Shown one piece after another: positions 55,745 to 64,000 of a stretch of 64,000 nt of DNA. The notes beneath the pieces were generated by a model that saw only the letters and a program-made list of their open reading frames with translations, ran no database searches and was not told the DNA's origin. A program made the position numbers and the translations under genes. Source of the DNA: Eubacteriales bacterium. GTDB lineage: Bacteria; Bacillota; Clostridia; Oscillospirales; CAG-272. The stretch spans positions 15,735-79,734 of the forward strand of contig JAZONS010000052.1 in NCBI GenBank assembly GCA_045654585.1, given 5' to 3'. The stretch's first letter is position 1. Every line of letters starts with the position of its first letter.

Positions 55745-58700
55745 ATGAAAAAGAGAAGAATTTTGTTAATTGCTCTCTCATTGGTGCTCTTTGTTGGACT
55801 TGCGGTCTGTGCTTCGCTTTCGGTTTTTGCGGATAGCACTGTTACAGAGTCAACCTGGATATCTGCACCTGAGAAAACAATGGTAAAGTGCGCAGGCGCT
55901 AACTGCAATCACAAGGAATGTAATTACGTATATTCCTTCGCTGTTGTCGGCGATACGCAGAACCTTAATATCTATGACGTTAATAATAAGACGGAGCATA
56001 TGAAAGGACTTTACAACTGGTTACTTGCTAACAAGGAGAGCAAGAATATTCAGTACGTTTTAGGTCTTGGAGATATCACCCAGGCTTATTACAGGGGATA
56101 CCAGAGTGGTGTCTGGGAGCAGGAATGGGTTAATGCCAAGGAAGCGATATCCTTGCTTGACGGCAAGATTCCTTATTCTCTTGTAAGAGGTAATCACGAT
56201 ATCACTGCCGGCTTCAACGGAGCATTCGGTGTCGGCAATAAGTATTATACCGATCTTTCCGCGCTCGCTGCGACGAAGGACAGCGCAGATGAAAACGGCA
56301 GACCCATGGCGGGCTTCCTTAACGAGAATAAAATCGAGGATACCTACCGCAAGGTTATCATCGGTGACCATAAGTACATAATTTTCACTCTCGATTGGCA
56401 CCCTACGGAGGCATGCCTTGACTGGGTAGATACGATACTTGCCGAGAACTCTGACTATCAGGCTATAATAACGCTCCATTCGTTTATTTACCGTGACGGT
56501 TCTATCACGGACGATTACGAAGATACCTTCCCTTATGAAAATCTTTCGGGTACCCGTCCCAATTGGGAAGAGGTTTCAAATTCGGGCGGTAACGTTTTCC
56601 CGAAGGTTCTCTGGCAAAACGTTCTCTCAAAGCATAAGAACGTAGAGATGATCCTTTGCGGTCACATAGATGAAGACAATATCGTAACGACTCAGCTCAA
56701 GGGTGAAAACGGAAATACCGTTACCGCTATGCTCATAGACGGACAGACGATAGACTCTACCGTCGAGCCTGTTGGTATGGTAGCGATGTTCTACTTCTCG
56801 GCAGACGGCAAGGTTATGAACGTTGAGTACGTTTCAACAGTAAGAGAGGCTGCAGATAAAAACGCTTATCTTGGCAGTCAGAATCAGTTTGAGGTTTCTC
56901 TTGATTATACCGTATCAGAAACGGACAGCGGTTGGACTGAAACTGCTCACGGAAGCATTTTGACCGAGACTTATAACGCATATCCCTTCCACGTCCTTAT
57001 GGACGATGACTCGGACGAGAGCACGGATGCAATCCTCTTTGGCAGCTATTCGAGCTGGGAGGAAACGCTAAAAGCTATTCACGATTTCTGCGGCAATACA
57101 AGACCTTCATCGCACAAGAAGATGAAGACCTATTACATAGTTATGTCGAAGGACTATACCGATACATATGTTGGTATTCACGATAACCGCGCTGCTTACA
57201 ACTTTGGTAAAACCGTTCTTGATCTTAACGGAAAAACGCTGACCCTCGCATCGACTGACGGCGTATTTCTTCCGTTCTACGTAAATTCGAGCGGAAAATA
57301 TCCGAGATTTACAATCACGAACGGAAACATTGATATTACGGGCAAGGTTAAGCTTGTTGCGCTTCAGAGCGGATCTTCGGCTCAGGGAGAGACCGGTACG
57401 CTTGAGCTTTCTAACCTTAATATCACTTATTCTTCCGGTGCGACCGCAACGCCATTGATCACAACTTATAACGGTTCCGGCACGGGAAGCTACGTTGACT
57501 TTAAGGTTTCGAACTGTAATATAGATTCGTCTGCCGTAAACGGCGCTATGACACTGTTCGGTCTTAACGATACTAATAATAACAATCACGTGGCTTTGAA
57601 TATAACCGGCGGTAGCATCAAGGGATCAACCTTGGCTAACACTACTGTTTTCGCACTCAATAACCTGTCCGATAAGGTTACCTTCACTAAGGATTCCGAC
57701 GGTAATTATATGACCTTGACTCTTTCTGACAGTGCGACGTTTGACGGAGTGTTCTATTCCGACGTTAAGGATACGTATCTTGAGTTTGGTACGCCCGTTG
57801 CCGACGGAGATTCTTATCTCTATTCTCTTGAAAAATCGGGAGACGTTCTTACAGATTACGGAATTATACCCGAAAGCGCAACCTCGTATCCCTTCGTGCT
57901 CTTCAAAAACGGCGAGATGATTCATAAATCTTCGGACTGGAAGACTCTTATTGATACCGACTTTAAAGACACGGCAAATTATCAGTCGGGATGCACACTT
58001 CTTTTAAGAAGTGATTACACCACAAGCAATTCTTCAGGAGCTCCCTCTTATTTTGCTCGTATTGATGACTTGACGATAGACCTCGGCGGAAATACGTTGA
58101 CCCGTGGTTCAAAACATCTGTTCCAGATATTTGGAACGGAGTCTACAGCTCACTCTACTTCTATAAGGTTTATAAACGGAACGATAGCATCGGGAAGCAG
58201 CACAGCTCCCATAGCATTTAATAACTCAGATACTAATACCAATACCGATACGTTTGACTTCACCTTTGACGGCGTCAGATTCGACCTTAGCGCTTCAGTA
58301 ACCGGATCGCAGGGAATCGTAGTATGCTTCGGCGACGGTACTCAAAAAGGTGTCGATGCTACGATAACTCTCAATGACTGCACGATCTACCGAGGCTCGT
58401 CGACGAGAAAAATGACTCTCTTCGCACTTATCGACGAAAAAGATGGCAAGGTTAATAACAAAACAGACGTTAACGTAGTAATCAACGGCGGAGAGCTCGT
58501 TGCCGATACTATGTCGGGCATAACCCTTGCGACTTATAGCCCTGTGCGTGAAGGTATGACCGCCTCTGCGGACAGTCTTTCGTTAGGTAAGGGAAGTGAC
58601 GGTAAATACCTTATTGCAAAGCTTCCTGCGTCTTATACCGTTCCTACGACGACGTATGCTTTGCTTGACGGTAATTATGCTGTTGGAAAGGATTCGGATG

Positions 58701-61378
58701 ACGGCACGACTGCATATTGCAGCTTCAATAAGCTTACCACTCCTTACGGTGACATTTCAGCAAAGTATGCATCTATTGTAAATTATCCGTTTGCTGTATT
58801 TTATAACGGTGTATTCAAGAACGTATACAGCTCTTATAACAAGGCTATCGGCGGCGCGGTCGCTCTTATCGATACTGATGCCGAGGTAGCGGTATGCGAT
58901 ACTGCGTACGTAGTATTGAGAAGTAATTTTGTTGCAACAGATAACGGATTCTTCTCGGGAGCAAGAGGTAACTTGATCGTTGATCTTCAGGGTTACACTA
59001 TCAGCTCCTCTACTGCAGCTCTTGCGAGCATCAGTATGAATTATAACAACATAACCGATGAGGCTGCGGTGGAGAAGAATCTCAGCTTCACCTCAAATAT
59101 CACGTTCAAAAACGGTACCATCAAAAACGACAGATCGGGACTTCCGATCATCGCAATAGACCAGACGAACGGAAGCGTAACGACAGTTCCGGGCGCTACG
59201 GCAAAGAAGATCTACTTTGGATTTGATAACGTAACCTTCAGAACGGCAAGCCAGCCTGTTTTACATAATTATGACAAAACGTCCTCTCACGGACTTGAAA
59301 TTACCGTTTTTGCAAAGGATTGTACCTTTGACTTTACTGGGGCTACCGAAGGCGTAGCAATGATCTCGCTCTTTAACAAGCTTGTAAAAGCAAATATAGA
59401 GCTCGTTGGATGTAATGTAATTGCGAGCAAGCTTGATAGCTTCAACGTTTATAAGATCGGTTCCGACGATACCGCAAAGATCACCAAGGGCGATAACGGT
59501 GTTTATATGACCGTAACTCAGTCAACTGAGGCTCTTCCTACTACGGTATATAGTTTGTCTGACGGTGGAAGCGCATCCTTCTATCTCACATCAAGCTCCG
59601 GTGGAAAATACGTTTATGATCTTGGCGCTGATGAGTTTATAGACGGATATGGAACTATCCCTGCTCAGTATACCAACAAAGAGACCTATCCCGTAGTTCT
59701 CTTCGGCAACGGTTCTGTTACCGGATACACTACAGTAGCGAATGCATTTGCGGCTTTACCTACAACAGGTAACTATACCATTCTTGTAAGAAGAGACGTA
59801 GTCAAAGATACCAAGAAGGCTGTAAGTGCCTTCAGAGGAAATCTTACGATTGACCTTGATGGACATACGCTGACGGTAGCTGTTGACGGAAACTATCTCA
59901 TAGATATAACGCTCAGTGATGTTGGTACGGGCGCATCGGCAGGCTTCAGCTTTAAAAACGGTACGCTTAAGAAGGAAGGCGGACGCGGACTTGTTCTTTA
60001 CAACTATAATTCGAGCTTGAACGGAAGTGCAAATTATACGTTCGATTTCGATAGCGTAACGTTTGTTTCAACGGACTCCACCTATACACCTAACGTAATA
60101 TTCAATACATGGGAAGACGGTTTTACGAATGCAACTGTTGCGGCAAGTGATTATAAGCTCGTTGCAAATTCAACGTTCACGGACTGCGTATTTGATTTCG
60201 CAAGCTCAATAGACGGTGCGGTAATGCTTCCTCTTAACCATAGCAGTAACACGAGGGACAGAGTCGTGCATAACGTTACCGTTAACGGAGGTACTGTTCT
60301 TGCCGATACTGCGGCGGACTTTGCGGATAGATTCGTAAAGCTCGACGGAAACACTAACGGAAGAGCGGATTCTATCACCTTCTCAAAGGTAAACGGCGGT
60401 AATTACACGGCGCTTACTCTTCCTTACGGAACAGAAGCTCCTGCTGCAGAGTATAACGGACTTGTATTCGTCAAGATCTCCGATAACGGAACAGACGTGA
60501 CCTACAGACTCAGACCCGTAGAATTTGCTAATTTGAATTATGCGCCTAAGATGAGTCTTACTATTGACAGAAACCTTATAATGAATGCGTATATTCCTGT
60601 AAACTTTACACAAAAGTTTACATTTGATGGTGTAGAATATACAAATCTTACTGCGTTTGACGGTAAAACGGTAGAGATAGACGGCGCAATGTACTATCTT
60701 GTATCGGTAGAGCTTTCTGCAAAGGAAGCGGCAAGAAACGTTATTCTTGAAGCAACGGTTATGGCTGATGAGAATACCGCAACCGCAACGTTCACGTTCT
60801 CAATTGTGAAGTATGCCGAGAAGCTCCTTGGCGATTCCGCAGTTACGGAAACCGAAAAGACTCTTGTTCTTGACGTGCTTCAGTATATCAAAGCCGCATA
60901 TACCTACTTCGGCACTACCGATGCCGAGCAGATAGCAAAGATCAACAGCCTTCTCGGTGATTACGCATCGAAGCCTACCGTAGAGGGAAGTGCAACGGCT
61001 GAAACAACGGGAATGAAGAGCGCAACTCTCGTTCTCTCGGGCAAGCCTAGCATCAGGTTCTATCTTGCAGACGGTGCTGACGCTTCGGCGTATAAGTTCT
61101 TCATCGACGGAAAGCAGGTTAAAACCGTAATTTCCGATGACGGAGCATATGTTGATATAGACGTATACGCATATGCGCTCTCTGAAACCGTAACCTACAC
61201 GGTTGACGGAGAGAATGCGGGTAGCTTTCATATCAACGCGTACTACGCATTCGTCAGCGGCACGGGAGAAAACTCTTACGCCGGCGAAGATAAAGAAGCT
61301 CTCACCACTCTTACCGAGTGCTTCTGGAAGTATCTGCAGAGCGCAAGGGCGTACAGAGAGTCGGTTGTTGAAAACTGA
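55745..61378 (+). CDS. Giant secreted modular protein 2: metallophosphoesterase + four ~295-aa modules + conserved C-terminal domain
   Basis: The ATG at 55745 lies 7 nt after GGAG. Signal peptide is MKKRRILLIALSLVLFVGLAVCA. MPE motifs are FAVVGDTQ, GLGDIT, VRGNHD, LHSF and CGHID. Modules start near 56960, 57852, 58735 and 59642. Confidence 0.8.
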   Translation: MKKRRILLIALSLVLFVGLAVCASLSVFADSTVTESTWISAPEKTMVKCAGANCNHKECNYVYSFAVVGDTQNLNIYDVNNKTEHMKGLYNWLLANKESKNIQYVLGLGDITQAYYRGYQSGVWEQEWVNAKEAISLLDGKIPYSLVRGNHDITAGFNGAFGVGNKYYTDLSALAATKDSADENGRPMAGFLNENKIEDTYRKVIIGDHKYIIFTLDWHPTEACLDWVDTILAENSDYQAIITLHSFIYRDGSITDDYEDTFPYENLSGTRPNWEEVSNSGGNVFPKVLWQNVLSKHKNVEMILCGHIDEDNIVTTQLKGENGNTVTAMLIDGQTIDSTVEPVGMVAMFYFSADGKVMNVEYVSTVREAADKNAYLGSQNQFEVSLDYTVSETDSGWTETAHGSILTETYNAYPFHVLMDDDSDESTDAILFGSYSSWEETLKAIHDFCGNTRPSSHKKMKTYYIVMSKDYTDTYVGIHDNRAAYNFGKTVLDLNGKTLTLASTDGVFLPFYVNSSGKYPRFTITNGNIDITGKVKLVALQSGSSAQGETGTLELSNLNITYSSGATATPLITTYNGSGTGSYVDFKVSNCNIDSSAVNGAMTLFGLNDTNNNNHVALNITGGSIKGSTLANTTVFALNNLSDKVTFTKDSDGNYMTLTLSDSATFDGVFYSDVKDTYLEFGTPVADGDSYLYSLEKSGDVLTDYGIIPESATSYPFVLFKNGEMIHKSSDWKTLIDTDFKDTANYQSGCTLLLRSDYTTSNSSGAPSYFARIDDLTIDLGGNTLTRGSKHLFQIFGTESTAHSTSIRFINGTIASGSSTAPIAFNNSDTNTNTDTFDFTFDGVRFDLSASVTGSQGIVVCFGDGTQKGVDATITLNDCTIYRGSSTRKMTLFALIDEKDGKVNNKTDVNVVINGGELVADTMSGITLATYSPVREGMTASADSLSLGKGSDGKYLIAKLPASYTVPTTTYALLDGNYAVGKDSDDGTTAYCSFNKLTTPYGDISAKYASIVNYPFAVFYNGVFKNVYSSYNKAIGGAVALIDTDAEVAVCDTAYVVLRSNFVATDNGFFSGARGNLIVDLQGYTISSSTAALASISMNYNNITDEAAVEKNLSFTSNITFKNGTIKNDRSGLPIIAIDQTNGSVTTVPGATAKKIYFGFDNVTFRTASQPVLHNYDKTSSHGLEITVFAKDCTFDFTGATEGVAMISLFNKLVKANIELVGCNVIASKLDSFNVYKIGSDDTAKITKGDNGVYMTVTQSTEALPTTVYSLSDGGSASFYLTSSSGGKYVYDLGADEFIDGYGTIPAQYTNKETYPVVLFGNGSVTGYTTVANAFAALPTTGNYTILVRRDVVKDTKKAVSAFRGNLTIDLDGHTLTVAVDGNYLIDITLSDVGTGASAGFSFKNGTLKKEGGRGLVLYNYNSSLNGSANYTFDFDSVTFVSTDSTYTPNVIFNTWEDGFTNATVAASDYKLVANSTFTDCVFDFASSIDGAVMLPLNHSSNTRDRVVHNVTVNGGTVLADTAADFADRFVKLDGNTNGRADSITFSKVNGGNYTALTLPYGTEAPAAEYNGLVFVKISDNGTDVTYRLRPVEFANLNYAPKMSLTIDRNLIMNAYIPVNFTQKFTFDGVEYTNLTAFDGKTVEIDGAMYYLVSVELSAKEAARNVILEATVMADENTATATFTFSIVKYAEKLLGDSAVTETEKTLVLDVLQYIKAAYTYFGTTDAEQIAKINSLLGDYASKPTVEGSATAETTGMKSATLVLSGKPSIRFYLADGADASAYKFFIDGKQVKTVISDDGAYVDIDVYAYALSETVTYTVDGENAGSFHINAYYAFVSGTGENSYAGEDKEALTTLTECFWKYLQSARAYRESVVEN

Positions 61379-61393
61379 AAGGAGGAGTGATTA

Positions 61394-61573
61394 ATGCAGA
61401 ATTCAAAATGCAGAATGCAGAATGAAAAGAATGAATTAGTGGTTATGAGTTATATAGCTCCCGAGCTTGAAGTGATCGGGCTTGACGCAATGGATATCAT
61501 CACTACCTCACTCGGAACGGAAACGACTCCGAAAGAAGATAACGACGGTATCTGGGACTTTGACCAAGGTTAA
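61394..61573 (+). CDS. 59-aa acidic small protein (family member with N-terminal extension)
   Basis: The ATG lies 7 nt after GGAGGAG. Product is MQNSKCRMQNEKNELVVMSYIAPELEVIGLDAMDIITTSLGTETTPKEDNDGIWDFDQG. The conserved core could alternatively start at the ATG at 61445. Confidence 0.6.
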   Translation: MQNSKCRMQNEKNELVVMSYIAPELEVIGLDAMDIITTSLGTETTPKEDNDGIWDFDQG

Positions 61574-61585
61574 TACTTGATTTAC

Positions 61586-61635
61586 CTGTACCGCGAAGTA
61601 ATAATTTTCTTCGCGGTACAGAACTTTATTTTTTC
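61586..61635 (+). terminator. Terminator after small ORF 2
   Basis: 13-bp stem ctgtaccgcgaag/cttcgcggtacag followed by a T-rich tract. Confidence 0.75.
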
Positions 61636-61667
61636 TAAAACTTGATTATTTAAAAGGAGAAAATGAA

Positions 61668-64000
61668 ATGAAAGCGTTGCGCATAAGAAAAATAACAACA
61701 GTCGCTTTTGTTCTTATCGCTGTTTTGATTTCGCTGCTTTTTGTTCTTGATTCTGCGGCTGCAGAATCAGAGAGTGGCGTTACAGCGGGCAGCAAGGGCG
61801 AGATCGACGTGTGGCTTATCGCAGGTCAGTCAAATGCGGTTGGCTTTGGAAGTGACGGCTTGTCGGCAAAGTATCTTGAAGACAAAAGATATACCGAGGG
61901 ATTTGATAACGTTCTTTTCTGGGGTAAGTATGAATCAACGTACAATCCCGAGGCTTTCGTTCCCGTAACGGTCGGACTTGGAAAGCAGTCAGCAACGAAT
62001 ACCGCAACCGTAGGCGCTGAGATAGGAATGGCGGCGGCACTTGACGGTAACGGAAGAATGAATGCGATAATCAAACGTGCTGTCGGTGGTTCTTACCTTT
62101 ATCCGACGACTTATAGCTCGGTATCGCAGAATTCGGGTACGTGGACGTCCCCATCTTATTTGGAAAAGTATTCGATAGATACCGAGGGAAATAAGCTCGG
62201 TAAACTCTACACAGAATTTATACAGACCACAAAAGACGGTATAGATATGCTTATTGCCGACGGTTATACTCCGGTCATTAAGGGCGTCTGGTATATGCAG
62301 GGCGAGGCGGAAACACCGACTCAGCTTTATGCAGATGCATACGCGGAGCTTCTGACTATGCTTATCGGCGATATGAGAGAAGACCTTGGAGAGATAGTCA
62401 ACAAGGACCTTTCGAATCTTCCGTTTGTAATGGGAAAAATAACGAGAAATCCCGAATATGATATTCCGGAATTTATCGACACCGTAAATGATGCTCAGGT
62501 AGCTGTAAGCTCAACTGTTGCGAACTCTTATATAGTTGACACAACGGGAATGCCGCAGATAGACGGATGGCATTATACCGCCGATTCTCAGCACGAGATT
62601 GGCGTTCAATTTATAAACACCGTCATCAATTCGTCGGGTAAATACAGTGTTACCGCGAGCGGAAACGGCGTGAGTCTTAGCGGCGGCGGAGCAAAATCGG
62701 TAGGTGATGAGGTGACCGTTACGTTTACCTCTCTTGATGGTTTTGAGTTATCATCCGTAGCTATGAAGGTTGGTGCGGGAGAAGCTGTTGATATTACGGA
62801 TGCTCTCACGAAGGACACAGAGAACTCCGATGTTTATTCGTATACGTTCGTTATGCCTTCAGGCAACGTTGCGTTTCTGATAAATGCTACGGACCTTAAT
62901 GCGGAGTCCACCGAATACGGTCTTATTCCCTCAATGTTTACAGATGCGGAACAGTATCCGTTCATTCTCTTCAAGAGCGGAGAATTTGTATACGCCTTTG
63001 ATGATTGGTGCGATTTTGTAAACAGTAACAGTATCATGGGTTGTACTTTGCTTCTCAGAAGAGATTATGATACTTCGGAGTCCTCGGGAAGTCCTTGGGC
63101 GCTTTGCCATAGCGACGAACTCACTATAGACCTCGGAAACCATATCTTCACTCGCGGAATGTACCATATGTTCCAGTGCCTTGGCAGAGATGAGAAGGTA
63201 TATACCTCAACTATAACGGTTAAAAACGGAACTCTCAAGTCTACGTTCTCATACGTTAACGCATCGGGTACGACGACGGGAGCATCTCCACTTATCGTTT
63301 TCAACAATTCCGCAAGCTCAACAACCGTTGATAACTTTAACTTTATTTTTGACGGAGTAACCTTCGACGTAAGCTCGGGCAGAGGTATTGTAGCAAGCTT
63401 CACGGACGGAACGTGCGGTACTGACAATACAATAACGCTTAACAACTGCACGATATACAGAGGAGCATCTACCTCGGCTATGACTCTTTTCGCCCTTGCG
63501 GAAACGAGCGGTAATAAGAATGATATTAAAGTTACTATAAACGGCGGTAAGCTTGTCGCTGATACTCTCTCAAAGCTGACCTTCGCTACGTATGACGTTG
63601 AGCGTGAGACGGGCGAGGGAAGTCCCGACAGTCTTACGCTTAATACAGACTCAAGCGGTAATAAATTTACCGTTGAGCTTCCTGTAAGCGCGGGAACACC
63701 TTCGCAGATGTTTGCCTTTACGAAGGGCGGTTATGCAGCTGTAAAGCTTTCGGATGATGGCACGACCGCAAAATATACTCTCGAATATCTCGGCACTCCG
63801 TATGGAAATATAGACGCAAAATACGCATCTGCAGCCGATTATCCGTTTGTATTATTTAAAAACGGAGCTGTACTGACCGCATTCTCTAACTGGAAGACGT
63901 TTATTGATTCGACGATGTATAATTCCGCAGATTACAAGACGGGATGCACGCTTCTGCTCCGCAGAGATTACAGCACGTCGGAGGCGTCCGGAAATGCGTG
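61668..64000 (+). CDS. Giant secreted modular protein 3 (3' end outside window): SGNH/sialate-O-acetylesterase-like head + the same ~295-aa modules
   Basis: The ATG follows AAGGAG and the frame is open to the window end, so it is absent from the ORF track. Signal peptide is MKALRIRKITTVAFVLIAVLISLLF. The motifs IAGQSNAVG, WYMQGEAE and DGWHYTADSQ fit the SASA/DUF303 esterase fold. Modules start near 62910 and 63792. Confidence 0.75.
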   Translation, partial: MKALRIRKITTVAFVLIAVLISLLFVLDSAAAESESGVTAGSKGEIDVWLIAGQSNAVGFGSDGLSAKYLEDKRYTEGFDNVLFWGKYESTYNPEAFVPVTVGLGKQSATNTATVGAEIGMAAALDGNGRMNAIIKRAVGGSYLYPTTYSSVSQNSGTWTSPSYLEKYSIDTEGNKLGKLYTEFIQTTKDGIDMLIADGYTPVIKGVWYMQGEAETPTQLYADAYAELLTMLIGDMREDLGEIVNKDLSNLPFVMGKITRNPEYDIPEFIDTVNDAQVAVSSTVANSYIVDTTGMPQIDGWHYTADSQHEIGVQFINTVINSSGKYSVTASGNGVSLSGGGAKSVGDEVTVTFTSLDGFELSSVAMKVGAGEAVDITDALTKDTENSDVYSYTFVMPSGNVAFLINATDLNAESTEYGLIPSMFTDAEQYPFILFKSGEFVYAFDDWCDFVNSNSIMGCTLLLRRDYDTSESSGSPWALCHSDELTIDLGNHIFTRGMYHMFQCLGRDEKVYTSTITVKNGTLKSTFSYVNASGTTTGASPLIVFNNSASSTTVDNFNFIFDGVTFDVSSGRGIVASFTDGTCGTDNTITLNNCTIYRGASTSAMTLFALAETSGNKNDIKVTINGGKLVADTLSKLTFATYDVERETGEGSPDSLTLNTDSSGNKFTVELPVSAGTPSQMFAFTKGGYAAVKLSDDGTTAKYTLEYLGTPYGNIDAKYASAADYPFVLFKNGAVLTAFSNWKTFIDSTMYNSADYKTGCTLLLRRDYSTSEASGNA

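Overview
This is a chromosomal segment from a Firmicutes/Clostridia-type genome (Oscillospiraceae/Ruminococcaceae-like, judged by gene content, AGGAGG ribosome-binding sites and riboswitch types). Most of it is housekeeping or carbohydrate and amino-acid metabolism. It includes a minus-strand GH2 beta-glucuronidase operon with an AraC regulator, mscL, and tRNA-Arg(CCG). It also carries a lysine-riboswitch-controlled amino-acid ABC transporter, a YhaO/YhaN-like SbcCD pair, a ROK-NahK fusion kinase with nagB, and an Mgl-like sugar ABC transporter. Further along are three peptidases (M29, PepD, M18), a THF-riboswitch folT-folC-tautomerase-trmO operon, xth, and an HTH-PfkB kinase with a class II aldolase. 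The most unusual part is 47.3-64 kb. It holds three tandem giant secreted paralogues (2283 aa, 1879 aa, and more than 777 aa), all built from a ~290-300 aa repeated module but carrying different N-terminal enzyme heads. The heads are LamG + metallophosphoesterase + GLUG, metallophosphoesterase alone, and an SGNH/sialate-O-acetylesterase-like domain. An AraC regulator sits inside this locus. A conserved small acidic ORF (38-59 aa, below the ORF-track cutoff) follows the first two giant genes and also follows the unrelated LVIVD beta-propeller gene at the window start. The second hotspot is the ~1 kb non-coding tRNA-Arg region. The tRNA 3' end is repeated there three times, a tRNA 5' fragment lies upstream, and six perfect unique-sequence hairpins are spaced by a conserved GYGATAT linker. 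A dispersed ~220-bp structured intergenic repeat family is also present. All family assignments come from reading motifs by eye, with no database search.
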